Source of the DNA: Histomonas meleagridis 2922-C6/04-290x | Taxonomy: Eukaryota; Protista; Parabasalia | Length of the DNA: 64,000 bases | Reading direction: 5' to 3' | NCBI GenBank assembly: GCA_020184695.1 | Contig: JAANOX010000153.1 | Coordinates: 992,001-1,056,000 of the forward strand | Shown: positions 44,601-55,463 of the stretch, piece after piece | Layout of the letters: the number at the start of each line of letters is the position of its first letter | How positions within the stretch are numbered: the stretch's first letter is position 1 | Program-made: the position numbers and the translations under genes | The notes under the pieces: model-generated | The model's input: only the letters and a program-made list of their open reading frames with translations | What the model was told of the DNA's origin: nothing | The model's database searches: none

Positions 44601-45906
44601 ATTTGTCATTTGCATCTGTTGTATCAATTTCATCAAATAGTGAATTGCTTTTTGCTTTTGATTTATTTTCAAATTTATTATTTTTATCCGCTTCAATTTT
44701 ATCGAATAATGAATTTACTTTTGATTTATTTATAGCTTTACTATTATCTTCCATTTCATCAAATAATGAATTTCCTTTTGCTTTCGTGTTATCTACAAAT
44801 TTATCATTGGTTTCTGTTTCATCAAATAATGGATTTTCTTTTGCTTTTGATTTGTTTTCAAATTTATTATTTGTATCTGTTGTTTTAATTTCATCAAATA
44901 ATGAATTACCTTTTGCTTTCAATTTATTTACAGCTTTATTATTATTTTCTGTTTCATTTTCATCGAATAATGAATTACTTTTATCTTTTGATTTATTTTC
45001 GAATTTATTATTATTTTCTATTTCATCAAATAATGAATTTACTTTTGAATTTGCTTCATCTTCAAATAAAGATTTTTCTTTTTCTTTTGATTTATCATTT
45101 GTTTCAATTTCATCGAATAATGTATTGGCTTTTGACTTTGGTTTATTTTCGAATTTATTATTTTTCTCTGTTTCATCAAATAATGAATTTCTTTTTGTAT
45201 TTGTTTTATCTTCAAATTTATCGGCTGTTTCCGTTTCATCAAACAATGAATTGCTTTTGGCATTTGATTTATTTACAAATTTATCAGTTGTTTCCGATCC
45301 AGTATGCTTGGATGAATTCCCTTTTATTTTTGATTTGTCCACACGTTTATTATTTGCATCTGCTTCTACTTCATCAAACAATGAATTTCCTTTTACTTTT
45401 GAGTTGACAGTGGTTTTGTTGTTCCTTTTTGGTGCATTGATATCAACAGATTTTTTCTTTGGTTTTTCTTGGTCTATTTCATCAAAAAGAGATTTAGCTA
45501 CAGTCTGCTTTGGAGCTTCGCCAAAAAGCATTTCCATTTTTGACGAAGAATTGTCACCAAATAGAATACTATTGTTTGATTTGGTTTGACTTTCTTGTCT
45601 TTTAGAAACTTTTGTTGACTTAGATGGTGCGCTTTTTTGGTGTGTTTGTTTTTCTTTTTTCCCTCTTGTATTTTTTTTAGATGGACGAACTTCATTTTTA
45701 TCAAATGTATTTTTTTCACCATCTCCAAACAGGTCGACTGAAAACGGATTCTCTTTTGATTTTTTTATTTTTGTTGGTTGATTTTTAGATTTCGATGTTT
45801 TATCAAAACCATCATCATCGAAAAGATTAACAGATTTTTTTTCATTTTTTCGTTTGCTCATTTCGTTTGATAAGAAGTCATCATCAGAAGAAAATAATGA
45901 TTTCAT
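41617..45906 (-). CDS. Large low-complexity protein with many SLFDE motifs and an (E/K/R) single-alpha-helix repeat; FAM21/WASHC2-like
   Basis: >20 SLF(D/E)E motifs including LFDEDDLF; KAEEEARI repeat; C-terminal RRRATVKRRRPPS. Confidence 0.7.
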   Translation of the reverse strand: MKSLFSSDDDFLSNEMSKRKNEKKSVNLFDDDGFDKTSKSKNQPTKIKKSKENPFSVDLFGDGEKNTFDKNEVRPSKKNTRGKKEKQTHQKSAPSKSTKVSKRQESQTKSNNSILFGDNSSSKMEMLFGEAPKQTVAKSLFDEIDQEKPKKKSVDINAPKRNNKTTVNSKVKGNSLFDEVEADANNKRVDKSKIKGNSSKHTGSETTDKFVNKSNAKSNSLFDETETADKFEDKTNTKRNSLFDETEKNNKFENKPKSKANTLFDEIETNDKSKEKEKSLFEDEANSKVNSLFDEIENNNKFENKSKDKSNSLFDENETENNNKAVNKLKAKGNSLFDEIKTTDTNNKFENKSKAKENPLFDETETNDKFVDNTKAKGNSLFDEMEDNSKAINKSKVNSLFDKIEADKNNKFENKSKAKSNSLFDEIDTTDANDKFENKSKTKANTLFDEIETNNKAVDNKKAKSNLLFDEPESNDIFVDNSKTKEKSLFDDKVNTKGNSLFDEAETNNKLFDNSRGKSLFEDKVNTKGNSLFDETETNNKLFDNSRGKSLFEDKVNTKGNSLFDETETNDKFFDNSKGKSLFEDKVNTKGNSLFDETETNDKNMNNKKVKSNSLFDDEADSKEKSLFAKKQNAKTANKDILFGLDESSKASNKVLSNSSSKQEDSLDKAFFSKSSSRTKNPRSKQSGSLLFIEEIPRKKKAQTNLFDEEPKRKRVPKKKIEKKKNEEDKEENPKQIDVVPEKEIKTEKEEQPKEALQEEITNSNENEKNNENEIVTEEPKEENKIKQKPKQRLIMKNSLFDEDDIFSGITIENKTNEEIIPKEVNIAPEKEIKTEKEEPSKEALQEEITNSNENKLNIEIHTKNEEVKEENKIKPKPKQNLITQNSLFDEDDLFSGIKPEGKSNEAIEPKESDVVPEEDIPGKEKSTKGIIQNDINDSNEKNNEICIETGEVKEENKIKPKPKQKFVIQNSLFDEDDLFSGIKIEKKQKKNNVDKEEIKTEKEEPPKEAVQEEIKDSNENEKNNEIEIVTEEVKEENKIKPKPKQKFVIQNSLFDEDDLFSGITIENKTNKEKAKIKAEEEARIKAEEEAKRKAEEEARIKAEEEARLKAEEEARLKDEEEAKRKAEEEAKRKAEEEARLKAEEEAKRKAEEEARIKAEEEARIKAEEEARLKAEEEARLKDEEEARLKAEKEARIKAEEEARLKAEEEAKRKAEEEARIKAEEEARLKAEEEARIKAEEEARLKAEEEARIKAEEEARLKAEEEARIKAEEEARIKAEEEAKRKAEEEARIKAEEEAKRKAEEEAKRKAEEEARIKAEEEARKKSDNAISRTDPLAPQRRSSSRIRALAGQFKAPLGAPIHLRHSSLGVGDKISITPEMGTRVDSPLSNANENINTSTPPSTNGLPIRRRATVKRRRPPSMHLTESD
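41936..42681 (-). repeat. 24-bp coding tandem repeat (KAEEEA[RK][ILR]), about 31 units
   Basis: Plus-strand unit gcttcttcttcagctttaattctt and variants. Confidence 0.9.
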
Positions 45907-46074
45907 AAATTATGTTTCTTGAATCCTCTTGACCAAAAAAGTGCCACAAACTGTGGGTATCGTTTTTTGAACGGTTTATATTTCTGGTAAAATTTAGCCA
46001 AAATAACAAAAAAAACAACTGCGCAAAACGAATTCCAAGTTCAACATTTATACCGCAAACCTATATACATTTAT

Positions 46075-47058
46075 TTAAAGAGCTCTTCCTAAAGCAGAAA
46101 GTGCTATCATTCTCGCTAATGCTTGTTTTAAAGCATTAACATCATCACAAGAAGGACCCAACAAGTTCATTATTGCACCCACTGCTCTAACTTGTGCCTG
46201 CATATCACTCAATACAATCAATTCAAGTAAGGAATCTAATGCATTACTTTCGAGAAGTATCTTTCGCGATTCGCTTTCTCTCGCCAAGTTCTGCACTAAA
46301 CCAGCAGCGTCGACAGTCAGTGATGAAATCGGCTTTACTTTTAGCGCTTTTAAAATTTCTTTGATCGCGCCGCTCTCTCTGATCGAAATTACAACTTCGG
46401 CTTCGCTGCTCATGTTGTGTAGAAAGCCAATCAAACGAACTGAGAGAGGCGATGTGATGCTCCTTTCCATTATCATGGAAATCGCTTTAATGTGCGTGTT
46501 CTTGCCACATATGTAACGTTTGCCAATTTGATGGAACGCAAAACTTTGGAATGCAGCAGCAGACGTGACTGAAAGATCTTGATCAGTTGTGTTTTGGAGA
46601 CATTGATAAAGGGAGGAATAAAGTGACTCCGGATTTTGAAGAACAATTTTGAGGAAAGGAAGGTAACTTAAGATACGAAGGAGAATGTGGCAAAGATCAA
46701 TTGAAACTTCTGAATTACGTAAAGAAAAAAGAGTATTTATGTATGTAAGTGATAAGAAATCAAAGTTTTTATAGTTGGATGGCTTACGTCCAAGAATACG
46801 GATATAACGTGTCGATGATTTAATTAAATCAAGATAAGATTCATAAGGTGGCTTGATACATAATATAACATTAATAACAGGGCGTGGATCGTCTGATTCT
46901 GAATCATTTAGAAAGAGATCTTCGTCAAGATCAAAATAAATATTGTTAAATGTGTCAAGCATTGATTGAAAATGTTTGTGGTTTCCAGATATGCATTTCC
47001 CTGGTGTGGCTTTTGATATATATGAATTAATAGTTTCAACAGTTACACGAGCCCTCAT
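46075..47058 (-). CDS. Armadillo-repeat protein
   Basis: LIGFLHNMS, AAGLVQNLA, AVGAIMNLL ARM-like helices. Confidence 0.7.
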   Translation of the reverse strand: MRARVTVETINSYISKATPGKCISGNHKHFQSMLDTFNNIYFDLDEDLFLNDSESDDPRPVINVILCIKPPYESYLDLIKSSTRYIRILGRKPSNYKNFDFLSLTYINTLFSLRNSEVSIDLCHILLRILSYLPFLKIVLQNPESLYSSLYQCLQNTTDQDLSVTSAAAFQSFAFHQIGKRYICGKNTHIKAISMIMERSITSPLSVRLIGFLHNMSSEAEVVISIRESGAIKEILKALKVKPISSLTVDAAGLVQNLARESESRKILLESNALDSLLELIVLSDMQAQVRAVGAIMNLLGPSCDDVNALKQALARMIALSALGRAL

Positions 47059-47603
47059 ATTTGTTGATTTTTTTTATTTAACGTGCTTTTTTTATAGGGT
47101 GCTCCAGAATGTATCGTTAACATGAAAATCCGTCACTTTTTAATAAAATATGCCAACATAAAATCATTTTAAATCATTGCATCAATATGATTTTTATATC
47201 CAATGAAAATTATAAATTTAAATGAAGAATAGTATCTATGAATTATGGTTCATGTAAATGTGAATGTTTAAAAATAATCATCAAAATATTAATGTTTTTA
47301 TTCACACAAACATATTAATGTTTATTTTTTTCTTCATCTCCATCTTAATGATTTAAATCTCAATTTATGGTGGATTTAAAGACACTTCATCTGTATATCC
47401 TGAAGAAATTTAGTGATGGTGAACAGCATATTACCATGGAATATATCAATTGTTAACTTTAATGACTGAAAATGGAATTCCAACTGCAACATGATGCTTG
47501 AAGATGAAGTTGATTTAAATGTTTTTAATTTCCTTACAGCTATTTTTAATTACAGAAATACACTTAAGAAACTACAAAACAAAACATTTTATTATATAAT
47601 AAT

Positions 47604-50600
47604 TCACTCATTCATCTGCGCGAATTCGTCTAGCGACGCGATCAGCCTCCAATTTGACGGCTTATAATTTGGCAAGTCCAAAGTTTTGAATATGACCGCT
47701 TTCTTTTCCAGCTGATGTATCGCCACGTTTTCGCTTTCGTTTATTGCGTGTATTGCAGGTGACATCATCAACGACGTTGTTGATGACATTGAATTTGAGT
47801 TTATTGACGCGCTCCAACTGTTCAGTATCCTTGCTCTGTTCGACTTGTTGTTATCTATTTTCGGCTCCTTCTGTAGCGCCAAGTACATTTCGTACTGCGT
47901 CGAGAACGGGTGTATCTTTGGCGGGTTCCTTTGATCGAGTAAACCGAACAGTTGATTCAAGTCTTTGCAATCAGTGATCGATATTACTTTGGACGGTGCG
48001 TTCGATATTTCATCGATTTGTTTTATTACGAATCTAAATGATGAACTATTTGATATTTCTTCTTCATTCATGAACGCAATTAAAGGGTCGATTTTTATTA
48101 TTGTATGAATGAGATTAATTGCTGACTCATATAAAGGAATTCCATTTTTTAACGCGTATTCATAAATTGGTGTTAAATATGAATGGTTCATATTGTCGGT
48201 GTTAAATTTATGTAAAAGATCATTGATGGTGATTAGGATCGAATCAGCTAATGTTGACGAAGCAGTTTTAAGCATTCGATTAAAGAAACTTAAAACAATT
48301 TGAACAGTTTCAGTGTTAAAAGTAAAATTAAGGATTTCATCATATGTATAATCAATAGAATTAAAAGGAATTTGTTTATTCTTTAATAAAAATGGAGCTG
48401 CGATTAATAATAACTCAGGTTTATTCACAATTTTTATAATTTTAATAAACATTTCACGTGTTTCTTCATCTGTTTCGATGATAGAAGCAAAAGGTAAAAA
48501 AGCATCAATTAATAATGATTTAGCTAATGTGCCAATTACAGGTAAATTTACACAATGTAAAAAGATCGGCATTGCATATCTTAATGCGTTATTCTCAAAA
48601 GGTACACAATGTAAAAAAGATGAAGCAAATCGAAACGCAGGATTCGAAACAGTTGCATCATCGATATGAAAAAACAAAAACTTAAAAACTTCACTTACAT
48701 ATTTTGTTAAATATTCACAATTATCCTCATTCGAATTAGACAAATGATATTTCACGGCCTCAAAAAACAAATGTATATTAATATCAGAAGGGTTTTGTAT
48801 ACTATTAAGGATTACTAAAGATCGATAAGCAATTTTTAAGTTAGAACAACTTACTGCCCATCGAATAGCTTCATTATTCCATTTGTCAAATCCAACAGAT
48901 TCTTGTTCAGTTAACATTAATGCTATTTGTGTTACTACTACAGATACTGTTAATGTACCATCAGTAGAAATTGGGTCCCATAAATTAATATAATCATTTG
49001 TTTCTATTTCAAATATTGCCATAATATCTTCGAATAATTCTAATGAATCTTCAATAAATAACATAGTATAATGAAATATAGAAGTAAAATGTGTTGATGC
49101 TATTACTGGATAATATAAAAAAGCACTTGCTAAAATACGTCGAACCCATTCTAATGATAACATATGATTCTTCTTTGTGATTTGTTGGAAATACCAATAT
49201 GCAAATGTACAACGTTTAGCTAAATATTTGATAATTAATTTCGGATCTTTATCTAAAAGTTGTTCGAATATTTTTGTCTTTAAATCATCATTTTCATATT
49301 CACTAATAAATAATAAGACAACTATACTATTATCTGCTGATTTAAGTAATTGAAACCATATACGTGAAAAAATATCATTTGTCTTTTCTGTGAATTTCTT
49401 GGATAAATTAAAAATGGAATCAAAAAATGATACAATTGTAAACCTTCGATATTTAGAAGGTATTCCTTGTATAATATATTTTTGTGTTGGTAATATTCGT
49501 AATTTCTCAATCCATGGTATTAATAAGTTTACTATTGTTTCTGTTATCATAATTCGTTGTGATTTATTTAATATATTAAACCCTGATTCAATGACACGTT
49601 CAGTAGCAAATTGAAATATATTTGGAACCATATTTAAATCTTTTGCATTCTTTATCATTAAATATGATTCATTATCAGGCTTAAGTTTTAATAATAGTTT
49701 TAATATACATAATAATATTGTTTTAGATGATTCGATTTTATCATTTGAACAATACATTGATACAAGTATTAAATAACCAATATGATCTTGAATTTGTTTT
49801 GGATCTTCACAGATATCAATACATTCAACTATAGCTTCTATAAAAGCATTTGATTCTCTTTTTTGTTTAAGAAAGACTTGTGTAGAGAATTCATCTAATA
49901 ATATTTCCATATGATAATATAATAATTTGTTTAAAATAGAATAACCTGATAATTGACATTGTAAAAATGTTTCTAACATTTTAAAATTAAATGAAAATCC
50001 ATTCGTAAATACTTTGCCAATATTAATAATAGGAATTAATGCATTTAATAAATAAGCTTTAAGTTTCTCAAATCCATTTGGTAACTCAATCCAATTAAAT
50101 AGAAATTGTAAATGTAATTGTCGTGATGATATTGGCCAATCTTCTTCTGTTAATAAATCTTGTACATTTTCATTATTAAATAATGCTGCAATTAATATAC
50201 AATAATCTATACAAACATCTTCATATTTATGTATTAATTCTAAGTTTTCTTTATTTAACTTTAAATTTTTTGGTCCATTAATACCTAAATGTATAAAAAA
50301 AGTTTGAATTGATACTAAAAAATTTGTTAATTCACTTAAACATAATGATATTATATTACTATAATTATTTGGATTTTGTATTATAATATTTAACGTTTTT
50401 AATATTTGTGGATAATATCTTTCATCAATAGATAATAATAATGATAAAATAGATGGAATTACTGACCAATTAATATATCTAAATGAGATAATTAATGATA
50501 TAATACATTCTTTAATATTCGATGATAAAATTTTTTGTACTTCTTTTTGTGCTTCTTTTGATATATTAATTGAAGTAATTTCTTCTTCTTCATTCATCGA

Positions 50601-52907
50601 AAGGTTTAAACATTCGACTGAATATGTATCGAAATAAAATATAAATAATAATGTTAATACATTTGTACCAATTACATTATTTTTAATTAATTGGATATAA
50701 TGATTAAAGTTTTTAATAAATCCTTTAATTTTAATAAGAATTTTTGTACGTTTTGTTGATATTAAATTATTTAACATTTCACTAAAATATATTATCCATA
50801 AATCATTAAAATTACTTGAACAAACAGTTTCAAATGTTAATGATCCAATTATTGGTTTTATAATCGAAGGCTTTTCACCAGTATAATGTATTTGTATTAA
50901 ATTTATTGCTGTTTCAACTATATCTCTTGAAGATGTTAAAAATATTATATATTCATTATATCTTTCATTCGGTAATAATACATTAAATATCCTTAAAGCT
51001 TGTACACGACAATAAGGAGAATCATTAATAAATAAAGAAAATGCTGCACCTTCAATCTCTTCAAATAATTCATTAGTACATTTAAATGAAGGTTTCGATA
51101 TTGTATTTAATATTAATTCGGATAATTTCGATATCATTTCTCGTGATACACTATTAGTGATTAAGTTTAAAGCTTCTTTTAGAAATGTCATTTGTATTGT
51201 TTCTTTTGTAAATATCGTTTCATATATTTCTAATGCTGTTGTGGATAATAATTGATCATAATTACATACAAGTTTTAAGATTAATTCGATTAATTTACAA
51301 TTAAGAAAATCTTCATCCGAAAATACAATTTTAATGCATTTAAGATAATTATATAAAACTGATGATTGATTTCCAGTCGTAATTCGTGTGAATGGTGGAT
51401 TAGCTTGCTTTTCAAATCCAGGAATATCATTTTGCATTAAAAATGCATTAATTGTATTATCTGCTTCATCAATAGTTTTGTTTAATTGATACGAATCTTT
51501 AATTAATGTTAATGTACCATTCTCTACTGATTTCTCAAATTTGTCCATATGCTCAAGTAATACTTGCCGAATTTTAAAGTTAATGATTTTAAGTTGATCT
51601 TGACTCGCATTACAATAACTTCTTTCTAAAAATTCTTTTTGATTAATTATCGGAACTATCATCAACAAAACTAAGAAGCGTGGATCTGTTGGCTCTAATT
51701 TGGTGAACGATGGCAATATAATTTCGGTGAATTCGGAGATATTAATTGATACTAATTGAATCATGACATTTCGAAACGTTTCAGTGGAAATGGAAAAGTT
51801 GTATTTTGGATAAAAGACCCTCATAAATATCGATATGTATGAGTCTGGTCCTGACTGTGATTGTTTATGTGATCCACAAGATCCAATGAAATCTAATGGT
51901 GACAAATCATCACTAATAATATGGGAAATATCCCCTTGGATATATTGTAAAAACGCTTTGATTGATCTTGAAACCTTTGGATCATCATGTGATTGTTTAA
52001 ATAATCGAGCATAAAATGATTGCATTTTCTTGGAAAGTGTTGGCATTCGTGAATATAACGTCGATAATAGTTCTTGTCTACCTTCTTTTAAAGCATTGTT
52101 TCCTTTACAATCGACAGCAATTTTATAAAATTCGTTTAAACAATGTTTATCACAATTTAAACGGGATATCAAAAGTGACAAATTTGAGAGCATTTTTGAT
52201 GTTAAAACTTTTTTCTTACGTGCTTGATTAACTGAGAACAATAAAGCATTAGAAAATTGTTGGTTACCTTGTATTCGAGATATTAGACGAAAAATATTTG
52301 TGGATGTAGAAATATCAAAATATTTATCAAATGAACGCGTAATATCTGTTAGAGATTCACGTGAATAAATAGAAAAGATTTGAGCCCATGAATCAATTAA
52401 CATCTCTTGAAGTGAAAGAAGTCGTTTGCTTTCTTTACAAATGTAATACCCACAATTTGATAATTTAGGAATAGTCTGATTTACACCATATGTTTTTATG
52501 ATTTTATAGATGATATCTGTAAGGATTATTAAATTTAAATATTTAATAAAATGAAAATGATGAAAATTTGTATTATCAAATGTTAACGAAGCAATTGTAA
52601 TAATTGATGAAGGATCACTTTCTTTCCTTTTGGCTTCTTTTTTGAATTTAATGCATAAATTATTAAGAATTAAACATGGATTATGTTCTGCAAAAGATGT
52701 TATAGTAGAAATCATATTTGAATACATGCGATTTAATCTAGGGAATGTTTGTAACATCGATTGCAATTTAATATCTAGTTGAACATCAGTAAATTTTCCA
52801 GAGGAAATCTGATTTTCAAATTCTGCAAATATTTGGTTTGTGATAGGATGAATTGACCGAAGCATGCCAGACATAACTGATTCAAATATTAAGCCTTCAT
52901 CTCCCAT
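47604..52907 (-). CDS. Large HEAT/ARM-type protein, Furry/MOR2-PAG1-like
   Basis: 1767-aa helical ORF; N-terminal LRSIHP...F..QI, SWAQIFSIYS and later AIRWAVSCSNLKIAYRSLVIL resemble the Furry/TAO3 family. Confidence 0.55.
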   Translation of the reverse strand: MGDEGLIFESVMSGMLRSIHPITNQIFAEFENQISSGKFTDVQLDIKLQSMLQTFPRLNRMYSNMISTITSFAEHNPCLILNNLCIKFKKEAKRKESDPSSIITIASLTFDNTNFHHFHFIKYLNLIILTDIIYKIIKTYGVNQTIPKLSNCGYYICKESKRLLSLQEMLIDSWAQIFSIYSRESLTDITRSFDKYFDISTSTNIFRLISRIQGNQQFSNALLFSVNQARKKKVLTSKMLSNLSLLISRLNCDKHCLNEFYKIAVDCKGNNALKEGRQELLSTLYSRMPTLSKKMQSFYARLFKQSHDDPKVSRSIKAFLQYIQGDISHIISDDLSPLDFIGSCGSHKQSQSGPDSYISIFMRVFYPKYNFSISTETFRNVMIQLVSINISEFTEIILPSFTKLEPTDPRFLVLLMIVPIINQKEFLERSYCNASQDQLKIINFKIRQVLLEHMDKFEKSVENGTLTLIKDSYQLNKTIDEADNTINAFLMQNDIPGFEKQANPPFTRITTGNQSSVLYNYLKCIKIVFSDEDFLNCKLIELILKLVCNYDQLLSTTALEIYETIFTKETIQMTFLKEALNLITNSVSREMISKLSELILNTISKPSFKCTNELFEEIEGAAFSLFINDSPYCRVQALRIFNVLLPNERYNEYIIFLTSSRDIVETAINLIQIHYTGEKPSIIKPIIGSLTFETVCSSNFNDLWIIYFSEMLNNLISTKRTKILIKIKGFIKNFNHYIQLIKNNVIGTNVLTLLFIFYFDTYSVECLNLSMNEEEEITSINISKEAQKEVQKILSSNIKECIISLIISFRYINWSVIPSILSLLLSIDERYYPQILKTLNIIIQNPNNYSNIISLCLSELTNFLVSIQTFFIHLGINGPKNLKLNKENLELIHKYEDVCIDYCILIAALFNNENVQDLLTEEDWPISSRQLHLQFLFNWIELPNGFEKLKAYLLNALIPIINIGKVFTNGFSFNFKMLETFLQCQLSGYSILNKLLYYHMEILLDEFSTQVFLKQKRESNAFIEAIVECIDICEDPKQIQDHIGYLILVSMYCSNDKIESSKTILLCILKLLLKLKPDNESYLMIKNAKDLNMVPNIFQFATERVIESGFNILNKSQRIMITETIVNLLIPWIEKLRILPTQKYIIQGIPSKYRRFTIVSFFDSIFNLSKKFTEKTNDIFSRIWFQLLKSADNSIVVLLFISEYENDDLKTKIFEQLLDKDPKLIIKYLAKRCTFAYWYFQQITKKNHMLSLEWVRRILASAFLYYPVIASTHFTSIFHYTMLFIEDSLELFEDIMAIFEIETNDYINLWDPISTDGTLTVSVVVTQIALMLTEQESVGFDKWNNEAIRWAVSCSNLKIAYRSLVILNSIQNPSDINIHLFFEAVKYHLSNSNEDNCEYLTKYVSEVFKFLFFHIDDATVSNPAFRFASSFLHCVPFENNALRYAMPIFLHCVNLPVIGTLAKSLLIDAFLPFASIIETDEETREMFIKIIKIVNKPELLLIAAPFLLKNKQIPFNSIDYTYDEILNFTFNTETVQIVLSFFNRMLKTASSTLADSILITINDLLHKFNTDNMNHSYLTPIYEYALKNGIPLYESAINLIHTIIKIDPLIAFMNEEEISNSSSFRFVIKQIDEISNAPSKVISITDCKDLNQLFGLLDQRNPPKIHPFSTQYEMYLALQKEPKIDNNKSNRARILNSWSASINSNSMSSTTSLMMSPAIHAINESENVAIHQLEKKAVIFKTLDLPNYKPSNWRLIASLDEFAQMNE

Positions 52908-53754
52908 CCTTCAGGATGAATTTCCTTTGAATGTTGTTTTTCCTGTTTTAACGGTTTCTTGTCAAGGCTCAAAATATTAAAGCTATCAAGCTAAATAATA
53001 ATTTTAATAAATTATTTTCTTAATCCAATTTGAAATCACGTTGTAGTTATAAAACAATTTCACATTTTTTAAAAATATACAAAATATCATTACAATATTA
53101 AAATTTTAATGTGTTACTAAGTGCTTTCTATCCAATTGATTTCTCTCTTCTATAGGTGGATAATCAAATTTAGTTACTATCAAAAGCCTAGTTCTCTATA
53201 TGAGTGTTACAATTAATGGAATTACATAAACATGTTTTCATTTTGTAACTAGGTATGTATGTAAAAAATATTAGAATGTGGATCAAAATATAGAAAGAAA
53301 CCATCTCTCAATTTGTATTTTGTGTTATTTTTGTCGATTTCGATGGTCAAGCCATAACAAATGAGAAGAAGCTCCATCTTTGATATAACCTGCACTAAAC
53401 AGCATGAATATCATAGTAAAATTTTTATCTAAGATGTTTTAATTATCTTTATTTATGTAGATTAATTTCTTTTTGCATGCTCCATTAAATAAGTATGTGT
53501 CATTGGGGAAAAATGTGTGTATAAGTAAAAAAATTAATTTTGAAAATTATTCAAATAATGTTGAAAACTTAGGTTAAACATATTAAATTACTTGATACTG
53601 AAACCAAGTGAGTTATGTAAAAATAATTATCAGTGTGAATAAAAATCACTTTTTATTTTTTCAAGCACAATACAAATCAAACAAATCATAAATGTTTTCT
53701 TCAAATAAAAATTAATTACTAAACTAATAAAAATGTGTATGCTTTTTTATTCAT

Positions 53755-54570
53755 TTATAATGTAATTATTTCACCATTTGCTGGAACTAATACGTTTTTG
53801 AGGTCTTGTTCTTGAATGAATTTTCTCATTTCATCACTTGTAATCATAGCGTGAGGAACTGCATCCATATGACTAACAATGATTGTAGCATACGGTGCAA
53901 GATTTCGAGTTTCTTTTACTTCCTCAGCATCCATGATCAACCTTCCCAAAGGAGTTGTTGCAGCGCAAGCATTTACAACAATGACATCAGGATGAAAATG
54001 TTCAATTGTATCCTTAACGCCTTGGTAAAGGACCGAATCTCCAACTACATAAATTTTCTTTGATTCTTTTGGTGATGTTAAAACAAAACCAGATGCTTCT
54101 CTCCTAAATGGAAAACAGCGATAAATTTCTTCAACGCCATGATTGCATGGAGTCTTATGAATAAGAACTCCTTTAAAATCATAACTTCCTTCATCTGGTA
54201 AAATAATAACATTTGAGAAACCGAACCCACGAAGTTGTTCTGCATCTACTTCATCTTGAGAAAACATTGGCATATCATGAGGAATAGATTTTGCAGCAAC
54301 TTCATCAAAATGGTCGAAGTGAAGATGTGTTGCTAAAACTGCATCAACTTTGATGATGTCCTTGATTTCTAATGGAAGTTCGCAAAACGGGAAATTCTTG
54401 CCTATTCCAACAGGAAGTTTGATGTCCTTGTTTTCCAACGGGAAATACTTTTGTATTAAAGAAAGAAGAGGAGGATTCGATTCTTTTGGCGCTAACCATG
54501 GATCAACAAGTATACGTACACCAGCATATTCAATGATAATTGTTGCATTTCTTATTTGTTGAATTTTCAT
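53755..54570 (-). CDS. Metallo-beta-lactamase-fold hydrolase, bacterial type
   Basis: IRNAT, ILVDPWL, THLHFDHFD, HG, YVVGDS, VSHMDA; initiator TCACTT upstream. Confidence 0.88.
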   Translation of the reverse strand: MKIQQIRNATIIIEYAGVRILVDPWLAPKESNPPLLSLIQKYFPLENKDIKLPVGIGKNFPFCELPLEIKDIIKVDAVLATHLHFDHFDEVAAKSIPHDMPMFSQDEVDAEQLRGFGFSNVIILPDEGSYDFKGVLIHKTPCNHGVEEIYRCFPFRREASGFVLTSPKESKKIYVVGDSVLYQGVKDTIEHFHPDVIVVNACAATTPLGRLIMDAEEVKETRNLAPYATIIVSHMDAVPHAMITSDEMRKFIQEQDLKNVLVPANGEIITL

Positions 54571-55463
54571 TCCTTAAAAGAAAGTGAAGTAAGATAAATT
54601 TGGTCGAACTAACCGATTCTTCAACCGGTATGGGACCCACACAAAAGCATAAACTACATTGAAAAAATTCATTGATTAGTATTTAACACCACTCAAACCC
54701 TCCTTCTTTACTCAAATTTTGAATGTATTTTAAATAAATTCAATAGGGGAGACAAAAAGAAAAGTACAGAACACTGAAAAAGAGGAAAATAACTCGTTAC
54801 GATCATAATTCTGTTATTGTGCAAATCTTTGAATTAGTTGACATGACATGTTAACATTCCGACTCAGCTCTTTTGATTAAGTACTGTAGATTTCAATGTT
54901 TATCAACATTTCGAACTGTTCATTATTACAATATGATCACAGAGACATTTATGTTATTATTTGCTTATAATATATTTATGATTTCTTTTAATTTCAACTT
55001 TTACGATTTTAATTTTTTTTTTTAAATCTTTTCCCAATGCCCATCTTAAATTTAGTAGCAAAATAAATATCAATTGTTTTTATTCACTGTTTTTTTGAGA
55101 ACAATATTTCAATTGATGATGAATTTGACTGATTAATGATAATAATTATTGTGAACTTCAAAATAAATATCGAATCTATTTAAAATCCAATAAATGTGAT
55201 TGTATAAAATATTGATTAAATTTAATGCTTTCATCCTCTAAGTTTATTAACTAAAGCTTTATTATGTTTTCTATTTTATAATTTATATTTTCACGAATTT
55301 GAAGTGTTCTATTCCATTAACATACTCAAGTTTCATCACACGCTGAAAGAAATGATTCACCGTAAAGAATGCCAAAAATAATTTGTCTTTATTTGTCAAA
55401 TCAAAAATTTATTTCTTGAATGGATTAAAATGAAAATTATTCATTGTATTACATTTTATTCAT

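Noticed and set aside
41822-45589. Long plus-strand ORFs (500 and 678 aa)
   Set aside because: Antisense shadows of the low-complexity minus-strand gene (ASSSAF and SSNNEL repeats).
47340-47510. Possible decayed coding fragment (YGGFKD...DGE...TAYYHG)
   Set aside because: Too short and interrupted to assign without a search.
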